Shown here: piece after piece, positions 41,167 to 51,755 of the stretch | Layout: every line of letters starts with the position of its first letter | Position numbering within the stretch: position 1 is the stretch's first letter | Assembly (NCBI GenBank): GCA_028706395.1 | Contig: JAQWBL010000002.1 | Coordinates: forward strand, 3,390 to 67,389 | Origin: Bacilli bacterium | GTDB taxonomy: Bacteria; Bacillota_I; Bacilli_A; RF39; UBA660 | Length of the DNA stretch: 64,000 nt | Reading direction: 5' to 3' | Translations under genes and position numbers: made by a program | Notes under the pieces: generated by a model | Databases searched by the model: none | What the model saw: the letters and a program-made list of their open reading frames with translations, nothing else | Told to the model about the DNA's origin: nothing

Positions 41167-42721
41167 GAATTTTAATATTTATACTGCAATTGCGTATGCC
41201 TCTGGCAAACCTCATATTGGAAATACCTATGAGATTGTTTTAGCCGATGCTATTGCGCGTTATAAGCGTTTATTAGGTTACAATGTTTATTTTCAAACGG
41301 GTACTGATGAGCATGGTCAAAAAATAGCTGATAAAGCAGCAGCAAATGGTCAAAGTAATCAAAAATATGTTGATAATGTTTCTCTTGAAATCCGAAGAAT
41401 ATGGGATATTATGAATACAAGTTATGACAAATTTGTTAGAACTACTAACCCAGGTCATAAAGCAATGGTTTCAAGGATATTTGAAAGATTATATAATCAA
41501 GGAGATATTTATAAAGATATTTATGAGGGATTATATTGTACACCATGTGAATCATTTTTTACTGAAGCACAATTAATTGATGGAAAATGTCCTGATTGTG
41601 GAAGAGAAGTAGTTCCAACAAAAGAAGAAGCATATTTTTTTAAATTAAGTAATTATGTTGATCGATTAGAAAAACATATAAATGAAAATCCTGAGTTTAT
41701 CTCACCAGTTAGTCGTAAAAATGAAATAATAAATAACTTTATAAAACCAGGTCTACAAGACCTTTGTGTATCTAGGACATCATTTGATTGGGGAGTACCA
41801 GTAACTATTGATGATGGTCATGTTGTCTATGTATGGATAGATGCATTAAGTAATTATATTACTTTTATCGGTTATGATGTAGATGGTCATCATGAACCTC
41901 AGTTTTCAACCCGTTGGCCAGCAGATTTACACGTAATAGGAAAAGATATTTTAAGGTTTCATGTTATCTATTGGCCAATTATGTTAATGGCATTGGATTT
42001 GCCTCTTCCAAAGAAAATTTTAGGACACCCTTGGCTATTATCTGGCGAAGAGAAGATGAGTAAATCAAAAGGCAATATTATATATGCAGATGATTTGGTA
42101 AAATTATTTGGTGTTGATCCTGTTAGACACTATTTGTTAAGTCAAATGCCATACGCTAATGATGGAATTTTTACTTATGAATTATTAATTGATAAAATTA
42201 ATTCTGATCTTGTTAATAATTTAGGAAATTTATTAAATAGAACATTAAGTATGTCGCATAAATATTTTGATGGAATAGTTGTTCAGCCAGGAGAGACTAC
42301 TGAGTTAGATCAATCACTTATTGATTTTGTTAATAATCAAAAAAATCAAGTTGAAAGTAAAATGAAAGAATATAAGGTCTCTGATGCTGTAAATTTAACT
42401 TTTGATATATTTAATCGTGCTAATAAATATATAGATGAAACAACTCCTTGGGTTTTAGCTAAGGATGAAACAAATAGGGATCGCTTAGCGACTGTTATGT
42501 ACAACTTACTTGAAACCCTAAGAATTGGGGCAGTGCTACTTCAACCATTTTTACCCGAAACTGCTGATAAGATTTTCTATCAACTTAATACTTTAAATAG
42601 GGGATACGATTCGTTAGATGATTTTAGAGGAATGGATTTTGATTTAAAATTGAATGCTCCTGAGCCCCTTTTCCTAAGAATTGATAAGAATGAAAAATTG
42701 GAAGAAATCAAAAATTCTTAA
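41159..42721 (+). CDS. metG: Methionine--tRNA ligase
   Basis: HIGN (KPHIGNTYE) and KMSKS motifs; CPDCG zinc knuckle. ATG at 41159 overlaps the dut stop (ATGAATAA). Confidence 0.96.
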   Translation: MNKNFNIYTAIAYASGKPHIGNTYEIVLADAIARYKRLLGYNVYFQTGTDEHGQKIADKAAANGQSNQKYVDNVSLEIRRIWDIMNTSYDKFVRTTNPGHKAMVSRIFERLYNQGDIYKDIYEGLYCTPCESFFTEAQLIDGKCPDCGREVVPTKEEAYFFKLSNYVDRLEKHINENPEFISPVSRKNEIINNFIKPGLQDLCVSRTSFDWGVPVTIDDGHVVYVWIDALSNYITFIGYDVDGHHEPQFSTRWPADLHVIGKDILRFHVIYWPIMLMALDLPLPKKILGHPWLLSGEEKMSKSKGNIIYADDLVKLFGVDPVRHYLLSQMPYANDGIFTYELLIDKINSDLVNNLGNLLNRTLSMSHKYFDGIVVQPGETTELDQSLIDFVNNQKNQVESKMKEYKVSDAVNLTFDIFNRANKYIDETTPWVLAKDETNRDRLATVMYNLLETLRIGAVLLQPFLPETADKIFYQLNTLNRGYDSLDDFRGMDFDLKLNAPEPLFLRIDKNEKLEEIKNS

Positions 42722-42850
42722 AAATTGTAATTAAAAGTGTCAAATGTTGTAAAATGTCTAAATATAAGTGTAGAAAAACTTTGTATTTGCACTATGCTTA
42801 TGCTATATTTATAGTGTTGTGAGTAAAATGAGTAAAAGAGGAAGGGAAAC

Positions 42851-43021
42851 ATGATTACTAAAGAGAATAAAGAAGAAGTAAGTATTGCTGTTTGCTTTAT
42901 CGTAGTAACGTTACTCAACTTAGGAAGTCTTCTACTTGAATTTAATGCTATAAAGTTTATATATTTCATATTTGTTATATTTGTTATTATAAAATATGTA
43001 TGTATAAAAAAAGAGGGTTAA
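42851..43021 (+). CDS. Hypothetical 56-aa two-TM membrane peptide (not in ORF track)
   Basis: Hand translation gives MITKENKEEVSIAVCFIVVTLLNLGSLLLEFNAIKFIYFIFVIFVIIKYVCIKKEG; GAGGAAGGG RBS upstream. Competes with the tracked antisense 83-aa ORF. Confidence 0.35.
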   Translation: MITKENKEEVSIAVCFIVVTLLNLGSLLLEFNAIKFIYFIFVIFVIIKYVCIKKEG

Positions 43022-43067
43022 AGATTGTACCTATAATATGGTATAATCTTTTTTATGAGGTGATATA

Positions 43068-43832
43068 ATGTTAATTGATACCCATTGTCATTTATTTAGT
43101 GAATATTATGATGATATTGATTTTGTCATTAAAAATATGAAAAGTAATATAATAATAGTAAGTGGTACAAACACTGAAACAAACAAACAAGTAATTAAAT
43201 TGTGTAACAAATACAAAAATGTATATGGAACCTTAGGAATTCACCCATCAGAGCTCGAAAATTTTCAATCTAGTGATTTAGATTTTATTACTGAAAATTT
43301 AAATAATAAAAAAATTGTGGGTATTGGTGAAATTGGTTTAGATTACTATTGGACTACAGATAATAAAGAAAAACAAAAGGAAATTTTTGAAAAACAACTA
43401 CAATTAGCAAAAAAGCATAATAAAACAGCTGTCATTCATAGTCGCGATGCTTTAACTGATACATATAATATTTTAAATAAAAAGGAATATAGTAATATGA
43501 AAATAGTTTTGCATTGTTATAGTTATGATTTAGAAACTGCTCAAAAAATAGTTAAACTTGGAATAAAGTTGGGTATTGGTGGAATTATAACTTTTGACAA
43601 GTCAAAAAATTTAGAAAATGTTGTAAAAAACATTGATTTAAACCATCTGTTATTAGAAACAGATAGCCCTTATTTATCACCTGTGCCTTTTCGTGGTAAG
43701 CAAAATAAACCATCAAATGTAAGGTTTATAGCTGAAAAAATAGCTGAAATAAAAAATATTGATGTAGAAAAAGTAATAAAGAGTACGAGTGATAATGCTA
43801 TTCGTCAATTTGACATAAAATATGATTTATGA
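43068..43832 (+). CDS. tatD: TatD-family metal-dependent hydrolase (YabD)
   Basis: IDTHCHL start, GEIGLDY, HSRDA, ETDSPYL motifs. Confidence 0.92.
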   Translation: MLIDTHCHLFSEYYDDIDFVIKNMKSNIIIVSGTNTETNKQVIKLCNKYKNVYGTLGIHPSELENFQSSDLDFITENLNNKKIVGIGEIGLDYYWTTDNKEKQKEIFEKQLQLAKKHNKTAVIHSRDALTDTYNILNKKEYSNMKIVLHCYSYDLETAQKIVKLGIKLGIGGIITFDKSKNLENVVKNIDLNHLLLETDSPYLSPVPFRGKQNKPSNVRFIAEKIAEIKNIDVEKVIKSTSDNAIRQFDIKYDL

Positions 43833-43870
43833 TAGAATTTTTGTGTTAGGAATATTACGAGGTGAAAATT

Positions 43871-44572
43871 ATGAATTCATATTTACTACATTTTGTTGGT
43901 AAATTGATAAGTTTAATAGTGGTTTCTACGGCATCGTTATTTGGTAGTTATACCTTGAATAATGTGGAAACTGTAAATACTAACACTAATTTGAATAAAA
44001 GTTTAAATAGGATCAATACTATTGTTGAATATGATACTATTGTACAAAGAACGTCTAAATTACCATTTAATAATAAACGCGTAATTGTTGAAGGAGAGTT
44101 CGGACTTGTTTATGAAAACCCAACTACTAAGAAAACTGAAATAATAAAAGAAGTTGTTAATGAAGTTGTGGAAGTTGGAACAGGACCTAAAGGTGACTTT
44201 AGTGGACGTTTAACGGCATATGGTGCCGACTGTAAGGGTTGTAGTGGAACCGTTGCATGTAAAACAAAAGATAAAAAAAGTTTTAATTTAAATAAAGATG
44301 GAATTATTTATAATGATTCTGAGTATGGCGATATAAGAATTTTAGCAGCTACTCATGAAATTTTCCCTTGTGGAACAATTATTAAAGTATCTCGTGAATC
44401 AGATGAACCTTTTATAGGAATTGTTATGGATACTGGATATGCAATGAGAACTGCGTGGAAGGAACAAAATAAAATCGTAATCGACTTAGCCTTTTTATCG
44501 CAAAAGGATCCTGGAGTACATAAAACAACAAGCAATAATGTTGATTACAATGTTCTGCGCTGGGGATGGTAG
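43871..44572 (+). CDS. G5 and 3D (RlpA-like) domain cell-wall protein, YabE-like
   Basis: N-terminal TM/signal anchor; G5-like segment (VIVEGEFGLVYE..VVEVGTGP); 3D-domain motifs (LTAYGADC, GIVMDTG). ATG at 43871 lies 6 nt after GAGGTG. Confidence 0.7.
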   Translation: MNSYLLHFVGKLISLIVVSTASLFGSYTLNNVETVNTNTNLNKSLNRINTIVEYDTIVQRTSKLPFNNKRVIVEGEFGLVYENPTTKKTEIIKEVVNEVVEVGTGPKGDFSGRLTAYGADCKGCSGTVACKTKDKKSFNLNKDGIIYNDSEYGDIRILAATHEIFPCGTIIKVSRESDEPFIGIVMDTGYAMRTAWKEQNKIVIDLAFLSQKDPGVHKTTSNNVDYNVLRWGW

Positions 44573-44596
44573 AAGACTTAAGGTCTTCTTTTTTAT
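44571..44596 (+). terminator. Terminator after the yabE-like gene
   Basis: AGAAGAC/GTCTTCT hairpin followed by T6. Confidence 0.85.
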
Positions 44597-44615
44597 TAAA
44601 AATATGGAGGTATAT

Positions 44616-45449
44616 ATGGACTACTCACCAAAAAAAACAAAGGAATTACTTGAAAAACATGATTTTAAATTTAAAAAGAAATTTGGTCAGAATTTTATAA
44701 TTGATGAAAATATAATTAATGCGATTATAAATAAAAGCAATATTGATAAAGATACATTAGTTATTGAAATAGGGCCAGGTAGTGGTGCTCTTACAAACAA
44801 GTTAGCTCTTTCAGCCAAGGAAGTATTATGTTATGAAATTGATACTAAATTAAAAGAAATTTTAGCTAGTAATTTAGAAAACCATAAAAATGTTAAAGTA
44901 ATATTTGAGGATTTTCTAAAAAGGGATATTTTTAATGATATTAAGAATTATGATTACAAAAAACTTTTTGTAGTTGCTAATTTACCATATTATATTACTA
45001 CCCCAATAATTTTAAAGTTAATAGAGGATAATATAAATCCAAATAAAATAGTGGTTATGGTTCAAAAGGAAGTCGGTGATCGCTTTCGAGCAAAACCAGG
45101 AACAAAGGACTATAATTCATTATCTATTTTTATTAATTATTTTTATGATGTAAAAAAGATTATGGATATTAGTAAAAATGTTTTTATTCCTAAACCAAAT
45201 GTAGATAGTATTGTTGTTGAATTCAATAGAATTGAAAAAAAATTATCTTTAAAAGATAAAGAATTATTTTTCAAACTAATATATGATAGTTTTCGTCAAA
45301 AAAGAAAGACAATAAAAAATAATTTACAAGGTTATGACTTAGAAATTATTGAAAAGATTCTTTTAAAAAATAATTTTAGTTTAGGATCTCGTGCTGAACA
45401 AATTCCAATCGAAGTTTTTGTGGAAATTGCTAATAATTTGGTGAAATAA
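44616..45449 (+). CDS. rsmA: 16S rRNA (adenine1518/1519-N6)-dimethyltransferase
   Basis: KKFGQNFIID, EIGPGSGALT, NLPYYITTPI motifs. ATG at 44616 after GGAGGT. Confidence 0.95.
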   Translation: MDYSPKKTKELLEKHDFKFKKKFGQNFIIDENIINAIINKSNIDKDTLVIEIGPGSGALTNKLALSAKEVLCYEIDTKLKEILASNLENHKNVKVIFEDFLKRDIFNDIKNYDYKKLFVVANLPYYITTPIILKLIEDNINPNKIVVMVQKEVGDRFRAKPGTKDYNSLSIFINYFYDVKKIMDISKNVFIPKPNVDSIVVEFNRIEKKLSLKDKELFFKLIYDSFRQKRKTIKNNLQGYDLEIIEKILLKNNFSLGSRAEQIPIEVFVEIANNLVK

Positions 45450-45453
45450 AAAT

Positions 45454-46110
45454 ATGTTAGAAATAAATAACAATTGGGATGATTTACTAAAGGAAGAAAT
45501 GAAAAAAGAATATTTTCAAAAATTATTATCTTTTTTAAATGACGAGTACAACAGTAAAACTATTTTTCCAGAATATAAAAACATTTTAAATGCTTTAAAA
45601 TTAACTGATTATAATAATGTTAAAGTATTAATTCTAGGACAAGATCCATATCATGGCGTTGGCGAGGCTCATGGATTATCCTTTTCTGTGATGAATAAAC
45701 AAAAAAGACCGCCTTCTTTAAATAATATTTTTAAGGAATTAAAAAATGATTTATGGATAACTCGGGTTAATAATAATTTAAGTGATTGGGCGAATCAAGG
45801 AGTTTTATTATTAAATGCTATTCTGACTGTTGAAATGGATAAGCCATTATCACATAAAAATAAAGGTTGGGAGATTTTCACGGATAAAATAATTACTCTT
45901 TTAAATGAACGTGAAAAACCCGTGATTTTTGTTTTGTGGGGAAATTACGCAAAGGGAAAGAAACCTTTGATTACAAACGAAAGGCACATTATAATCGAGG
46001 GAGTTCATCCATCACCACTTTCAGCAAGTAGAGGGTTTCATGGAAGTAAACCATTTTCAAAAATAAATAAATATTTACAAAGTAATAATATTAATCCTAT
46101 AAAATGGTAA
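45454..46110 (+). CDS. ung: Uracil-DNA glycosylase (family 1)
   Basis: GQDPYH water-activating loop and HPSPLSA motif. Confidence 0.95.
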   Translation: MLEINNNWDDLLKEEMKKEYFQKLLSFLNDEYNSKTIFPEYKNILNALKLTDYNNVKVLILGQDPYHGVGEAHGLSFSVMNKQKRPPSLNNIFKELKNDLWITRVNNNLSDWANQGVLLLNAILTVEMDKPLSHKNKGWEIFTDKIITLLNEREKPVIFVLWGNYAKGKKPLITNERHIIIEGVHPSPLSASRGFHGSKPFSKINKYLQSNNINPIKW

Positions 46111-46164
46111 ATTTACTTGATATCATCTTTTAAATATAATAAAATTAATAATAGAGGTGTAATA

Positions 46165-47490
46165 GTGGAAAATGCATATAACTATTTAATGAATGAAGTT
46201 AAAATAAAGTATGGAGATGCAATTGTCGTTGGTGTTTCTGGAGGTCCAGATTCAATGGCTTTACTACATCTTTTAAGTCGTATAAAAAAGAGTCTAGATA
46301 TCCAAGTGATATGTGCTCATGTTCATCATAATCTACGTAAAGAAAGCGATGATGAAAAGATTTTTGTGGAACGTTTTTGTGCAAATCATGGTATCGTTTT
46401 TGAATGGCATAAAATTGAAGATTATGGAGATGATAATTTTCATAATGAAGCTAGAAGTATTAGATATAATTATTTTAGTAAAATTGTAAAAAAATATAAT
46501 GCTAAATATTTATTAACAGCTCATCATGGTGACGATTTAATTGAAACTATTTTGATGCGTATTGTTAGGGGATCAACGTTAAGAGGATACAGTGGGTTTT
46601 CTAAAGTTGTAAAGATGGATAATTATACAATTATAAGACCGTTAATTAATGTTACTAAGCAAGAAATCTATGAATATAACAAGAAAAATAAAATAAATTA
46701 TGTAACAGATGATTCAAATGTAAAAGATGTTTACACTCGTAACCGTTTCCGTAAATATATTGTTCCTGAGTTTAAAAAAGAAGATGAAAAGGTTCATGAA
46801 AAGTTTTATAAATTTAGTACAACATTACTTGAATATAATAATTATATAGATAAAATTGTTGAAGAAAAATTAAAGAAAATTTATATTCAAAACATTATGA
46901 ATATTGAAGAATTTTTAAAGGAAGAAAAAGTTATTCAAATGAAAATTATTTATTATATTTTAGAACAAATATATCAAGATGATTTGATGCTAATAACTGA
47001 TCAACATGTTAAATTAATTCATAATCTTATTCATTCAAAACGTGCGAATGTAAAAATTCATTTACCAAACAATATTAAAGCTATTAAATCATATGATACT
47101 TTTACATTAGTGCTTGAGGAAACTAAAAATAATGAATATGAAATTGAATTAATAAATTATATGAATCTTCCTAATGGCCATAACATTGAAATAATTGAGG
47201 AAACTACTTCTGATAGTAATTTTTACTGTCGCTTAAATAGTAGTGAAATTACATTACCTCTTCATGTTAGAACAAGACAAAATGGAGATAAAATGTATGT
47301 TAAAGGGATGCTTGGACGTAAAAAAATCAATGATATATTTATTGATGAAAAAGTATCTATTGAAGAAAGAAATTCATGGCCGGTTGTTGTTGATTCAGCT
47401 GGTGTTATAGTATGGTTGCCAGGACTGAAAAAGTCAAAATTTGATAAATTAAAAAATGAAAAGTATGATATAATAATAAAATACTATTAA
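46165..47490 (+). CDS. tilS: tRNA(Ile)-lysidine synthase
   Basis: PP-loop VGVSGGPDSMAL. GTG at 46165 lies 5 nt after AGAGGTG. C-terminal TilS domain (RTRQNGDKM). Confidence 0.9.
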   Translation: MENAYNYLMNEVKIKYGDAIVVGVSGGPDSMALLHLLSRIKKSLDIQVICAHVHHNLRKESDDEKIFVERFCANHGIVFEWHKIEDYGDDNFHNEARSIRYNYFSKIVKKYNAKYLLTAHHGDDLIETILMRIVRGSTLRGYSGFSKVVKMDNYTIIRPLINVTKQEIYEYNKKNKINYVTDDSNVKDVYTRNRFRKYIVPEFKKEDEKVHEKFYKFSTTLLEYNNYIDKIVEEKLKKIYIQNIMNIEEFLKEEKVIQMKIIYYILEQIYQDDLMLITDQHVKLIHNLIHSKRANVKIHLPNNIKAIKSYDTFTLVLEETKNNEYEIELINYMNLPNGHNIEIIEETTSDSNFYCRLNSSEITLPLHVRTRQNGDKMYVKGMLGRKKINDIFIDEKVSIEERNSWPVVVDSAGVIVWLPGLKKSKFDKLKNEKYDIIIKYY

Positions 47491-47504
47491 GGAAGGAGAA
47501 TATT

Positions 47505-49469
47505 ATGAATAAAAAAGGTATGAAAAAAGGTCTATACCCGTATTTAATATTATTTTTAGTAATGATGTCAATTGTATACGTTTTTGGAAAATCAAACGTA
47601 AAAATAAATAATTTAACCTATGATTCATTTATGGAACATGTTAATAAAGAAGAGGTTAAAGAAATTGTAATAACCCCTAGAAATAGGGCAAGTATTTATG
47701 AAATAAAAGGTACTTTAAAAGGATATGGAGAAAACGAAACCTTTATTTTGAAAGTTCCATTATCTAATGAGGTTATTTCTAAAATATTTAATGCTGAGGA
47801 AAAATATAATTTTAAAGTTGATACCCATGTAGATCCTGAGTCGGGAACATTTTTATTGTTTTTAGTTAACATTTTACCAATGTTATTACTTATTGGATTT
47901 GCCTTTGCTTTTATCAAAAAGCAAGTAGGAACTGCTAATAATTCGATGGATTTTGGTAAGAGTCGTGCAAAATTAAATCCAGATTCTAACAAAGTTACAT
48001 TTGAAAATGTTGCTGGTCTTAGTGAAGAAAAAGAAGAAGTCTCAGAATTGATAGATTTCTTAAGAAATCCCAAAAAATTTCAAAGATTAGGTGCTAGAAT
48101 TCCAAAAGGTGTTTTGCTTGTAGGTCCTCCAGGAACTGGTAAAACTTTATTAGCCAGAGCCGTTGCTGGTGAAGCTAGTGTCCCTTTCTATTATATAAGT
48201 GGATCAGATTTTGTGGAATTATTTGTTGGTGTTGGTGCTAGTCGTGTTAGAGATATGTTTAAACAAGCTAAACATAACGCTCCATGTTTAATATTCATTG
48301 ATGAAATAGATGCAGTTGGACGTCAAAGAGGTGCTGGTTTAGGTGGCGGTCACGATGAACGTGAACAAACTCTAAATCAATTATTAACTGAAATGGATGG
48401 TTTTGGTGCTAATGAAGGAATAATTATTATTGCTGCAACTAACCGACCTGATGTTTTAGATCCAGCATTACTTAGACCGGGACGATTTGATCGTCAAGTT
48501 ACAGTTAATTTGCCAGATGCTAAAGCTCGTGAAGAAATATTAGAAGTTCATGCTAAAGGAAAAACCTTTTCTAAAGGTGTTCGATTATCAAATATTGCTA
48601 AAAGAACCGTTGGATTTAGTGGGGCTGATTTAGAAAATTTACTTAATGAAGCTGCTTTATTAGCTGTTAGACGTGATAAAAACAATATTACGATGGATGA
48701 AGTTGATGAAGCACATGACCGTGTGTTAATGGGTCCAGCTAAGAAGTCTAAAAAATATACTGAAAATGAGAAAAAATTGGTTGCTTATCATGAAGCAGGT
48801 CACGTTGTTTTAGGTTTAAAATTAAATGATGCTAATGTTGTTCAAAAGGTAACTATTATACCGAGAAGTTATGCTGGTGGTTATGCGTTAATGTTACCAA
48901 AAGAAGAACGATATACATCTACTAAAAAAGAATTGTTAGAGAGAATTGCGGGTCTTCTTGGAGGAAGAGTTTCGGAGGAAATTGTCTTTAATGAAATTAC
49001 TACAGGAGCTCATAATGACTTTGAACAAGCAACAAAAATTGCTCGTGCTATGGTTACTGAATATGGAATGAGTAGTCTTGGACCTGTTCAATTTGAGCAT
49101 CAAGAATCTAGTGTTTTCTTAGGTCGTGATTATAATAAGAGTCGTAATTTTTCTAGTCAAGTGGCTTATCAAATAGATGAAGAAATCAGAAAAATTATTG
49201 GTGAACAATATGAAGTGGCTAAAAATATTATTAAAGAAAATATTGATTTATTAGATTTGATCGCTGAAACATTAATTGAACGCGAAACTTTAACTAAGGA
49301 ACAAATCGAATATCTTGCTGAAAATGGACGTATGCCTGATGAAGTTGATGAAGACACATTAACCAAATTAACTGTTGCTGAGCTAAAAGAAATTGCTAAA
49401 GAACAACAAATACCAGGTTATACAAAAATGACTAAACAAGAGTTAATAGATAATATAAATGAAAATTAG
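47505..49469 (+). CDS. ftsH: ATP-dependent zinc metalloprotease FtsH with a C-terminal Rho_N/HeH-like tail
   Basis: Walker [12 protein letters not shown], zinc site HEAGH. The last 36 aa or so, [30 protein letters not shown], resemble the Rho N-terminal helix-extension-helix motif. Confidence 0.96.
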   Translation: MNKKGMKKGLYPYLILFLVMMSIVYVFGKSNVKINNLTYDSFMEHVNKEEVKEIVITPRNRASIYEIKGTLKGYGENETFILKVPLSNEVISKIFNAEEKYNFKVDTHVDPESGTFLLFLVNILPMLLLIGFAFAFIKKQVGTANNSMDFGKSRAKLNPDSNKVTFENVAGLSEEKEEVSELIDFLRNPKKFQRLGARIPKGVLLVGPPGTGKTLLARAVAGEASVPFYYISGSDFVELFVGVGASRVRDMFKQAKHNAPCLIFIDEIDAVGRQRGAGLGGGHDEREQTLNQLLTEMDGFGANEGIIIIAATNRPDVLDPALLRPGRFDRQVTVNLPDAKAREEILEVHAKGKTFSKGVRLSNIAKRTVGFSGADLENLLNEAALLAVRRDKNNITMDEVDEAHDRVLMGPAKKSKKYTENEKKLVAYHEAGHVVLGLKLNDANVVQKVTIIPRSYAGGYALMLPKEERYTSTKKELLERIAGLLGGRVSEEIVFNEITTGAHNDFEQATKIARAMVTEYGMSSLGPVQFEHQESSVFLGRDYNKSRNFSSQVAYQIDEEIRKIIGEQYEVAKNIIKENIDLLDLIAETLIERETLTKEQIEYLAENGRMPDEVDEDTLTKLTVAELKEIAKEQQIPGYTKMTKQELIDNINEN

Positions 49470-49491
49470 AGTAAATTATTACTCTTTTTTT
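49468..49491 (+). terminator. ftsH terminator
   Basis: AGAGTAA/TTACTCT hairpin followed by T7. Confidence 0.8.
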
Positions 49492-49566
49492 AAAACTTAC
49501 AAAAAATAATTGCAAATAATGATATATTTGATATAATTAGTATGAAGAATAAAAAGGAGGAATAAA

Positions 49567-50271
49567 ATGGAAAGAATAAATTTAATTAATGCAAATAATG
49601 AACCGTTTAATGCTGAAGTTATTCGTTATTTCGAATTAAATAATAGTGGTTACTTAATTTATTCGTTAAATGAAGTCGATGAGCAAAACTATGTTAAATT
49701 ATATGCAGTTAAAGTAAATAATGAAAATGGTGCCTTAATTACTACTAATATTGATGAAGATGCTTGGACAGCAATTAAAGAATTAATAAAAGTTATCATT
49801 CGTGCTAACAAAGATGGTGTTGCTGAAGTAGCTGATTTAAATCTTGCTAATTTAGAATCATTAAAAATTAATGATGGCAGAGTATTTAAATTATCTAATC
49901 AATTAACTGAATTGTTAGGAGCAAATAAAAAGGTGGTTGTGGAACAACCGGTGGTTGAAGAAACACCTGCTATGCCAGAAGTTGAAGAAACACCAGTTGT
50001 TACCCCTGAACAAAACATGGATAACGAATGGCCGATGGAACCTAGCATTGATGCTGTTACAGAAACTGCTGAATTAACTCCTGTTGAAACAACAACTCCT
50101 GAAGTTGCGTCTGAAGTATCATTAGAAAACGAATGGCCGATGGAACCAACTGTTGAAACGACAGATGAAAAAGTTGCTGTTGATTCGTTTAAAGAATTAT
50201 ATGAACAAGAAAAACTTAAAAACGAAGAATTAATTAATAAGTTAAATGAAATTAAAAAACTTATTGGATAA
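49567..50271 (+). CDS. Hypothetical protein: DUF1292-like N-terminus, acidic P/E/T-rich repeat region, C-terminal coiled coil
   Basis: Strong AGGAGG RBS. Internal duplicated segment NEWPMEP (DNA repeat AACGAATGGCCGATGGAACC at 50023 and 50128). Confidence 0.4.
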   Translation: MERINLINANNEPFNAEVIRYFELNNSGYLIYSLNEVDEQNYVKLYAVKVNNENGALITTNIDEDAWTAIKELIKVIIRANKDGVAEVADLNLANLESLKINDGRVFKLSNQLTELLGANKKVVVEQPVVEETPAMPEVEETPVVTPEQNMDNEWPMEPSIDAVTETAELTPVETTTPEVASEVSLENEWPMEPTVETTDEKVAVDSFKELYEQEKLKNEELINKLNEIKKLIG

Positions 50272-50272
50272 A

Positions 50273-50306
50273 TAAAAAAATAGAATTGTTAATCAATTCT
50301 ATTTTT
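50273..50306. terminator. Bidirectional terminator between convergent genes
   Basis: ATAGAATTG/CAATTCTAT hairpin flanked by an A-run and a T-run. Confidence 0.8.
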
Positions 50307-50774
50307 ATGTGCTAAACGACTAGCAGCAGAAGATGCGATTGCACATATAATGTCATCTAAAAATGTGTGACATTGTTTCATTTCCTCGCCTAGTTTATCC
50401 AATTTACCAATAATACCTGGTTTTAACTTATCTAGATACCCAAAATTAGTAAAAGCAATTGAGCCATGAACGTTAACTATACTAAGTGGTAAGATTTCAT
50501 CAATACCATATAGTGCATCATCTTTTTTTATTATATCGTTAATTTCTTCATCAAGAAGATTTTTTTCAGCAGCTTCATCTATAGCAATACCTGTTAGAAT
50601 TGCGTGGATCACTTCTCTTTTTTCGAGTACTGTGCAAACTGATTTAATGCAATCATCCATTGTTAGGGTCGATATATATTTTTTCTGTAAATCATACACA
50701 ATCTCTGCAATGTCAATAATTTCAACACCTCGATTGTTTAGTTTTTTTATTGCTTTTTCTGTTAAATTACTCAT
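50289..50774 (-). CDS. Phosphatidylglycerophosphatase A-family protein (YutG-like)
   Basis: Matches YutG blocks by eye (REVIHAILTGIAID, LYGIDEILPLSIVNVHGSIAFTNFGYLDK.KPGI, TFLDDI, SRLAH). ATG at 50774 after GGAGG. Confidence 0.75.
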   Translation of the reverse strand: MSNLTEKAIKKLNNRGVEIIDIAEIVYDLQKKYISTLTMDDCIKSVCTVLEKREVIHAILTGIAIDEAAEKNLLDEEINDIIKKDDALYGIDEILPLSIVNVHGSIAFTNFGYLDKLKPGIIGKLDKLGEEMKQCHTFLDDIICAIASSAASRLAHKNRID

Positions 50775-50831
50775 ATTAATCCTCCAATCATAAAATAGTA
50801 ATAAAATCATAAAATTAGTTGAGGTGAATAT

Positions 50832-51755
50832 ATGAAAAATACAATTAGCTATTTTTACAATCTTGAGCCTGATAATATTCACCAACAAGATAAGGTTTAT
50901 AAATTTAATATAGGGAATAACAATTATGTTTTTCTACCTTGTTATCGGTCAGAAAAAGAAATTGATGATTTGTATTCTTTAAGTACATCTTTAATTTCAC
51001 AAGGAATATACTGTCATCAAATAGTCCTAAATAATAATTCATCAAAAGTAACGCTAATAAATAATATTCCCTATATTTTATTATTTATATATATAACTGA
51101 TTCTCGTAATATAACTTACGAAGATTTAGTTTGGTTTTCCAACATAAGTGTTAATCCAACTGAAACTACATTAAGAAGAGATAATTGGTTATACTTATGG
51201 AGTGAAAAAATTGATTATTTTGAATATCAAGTTAGTCAATTTGGGAAAACGTTTCCTTTACTTCGTGAAAGCTTTAGTTATTTTGTCGGAATGACAGAAA
51301 CTGGTATAAGTTTTCTAAAAAACATCAATACTAATAATAAATCTTTATCTCTATCGCATGGGCGAATAAAAAAGGATAATACTCTTTTTGATTTGTATAA
51401 TCCCTTAAACTTCATTATTGATAGTAAGACAAGAGATATATGTGAATATTTTAAAAACAGTTTTTTTGATGGAAACAATATAATCTATGAAGTCATCGAT
51501 TACATAAACTCCAGCAATCTAAATGAAACTGATTGTTTATTATTATATGCAAGAATGCTTTTCCCGACAATTTATTTTGATTCTTTCGAACTAATTGTTC
51601 ATAATCAACTTTCTGAAAAAGAAATATTAAAAATTATTCACAAAGTAAATGATTACGAGTTATTTTTAAATAAATTATATAATTATTTAAAACAAATAAT
51701 ATCAATTCCAAACATTGAGTGGATAAGTAAAATACAGACTACTCAACATTTATAA
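50832..51755 (+). CDS. CotS/YutH-like phosphotransferase-fold protein
   Basis: 307 aa. Divergent from the yutG-like gene, as yutH is in B. subtilis; weak motif-level support only. Confidence 0.4.
   Translation: MKNTISYFYNLEPDNIHQQDKVYKFNIGNNNYVFLPCYRSEKEIDDLYSLSTSLISQGIYCHQIVLNNNSSKVTLINNIPYILLFIYITDSRNITYEDLVWFSNISVNPTETTLRRDNWLYLWSEKIDYFEYQVSQFGKTFPLLRESFSYFVGMTETGISFLKNINTNNKSLSLSHGRIKKDNTLFDLYNPLNFIIDSKTRDICEYFKNSFFDGNNIIYEVIDYINSSNLNETDCLLLYARMLFPTIYFDSFELIVHNQLSEKEILKIIHKVNDYELFLNKLYNYLKQIISIPNIEWISKIQTTQHL

Noticed and set aside
42718-42969. Tracked 83-aa minus-strand ORF after metG.
   Set aside because: It has no RBS and low-complexity sequence. A plus-strand small ORF with an RBS fits better, although that one is also low confidence.
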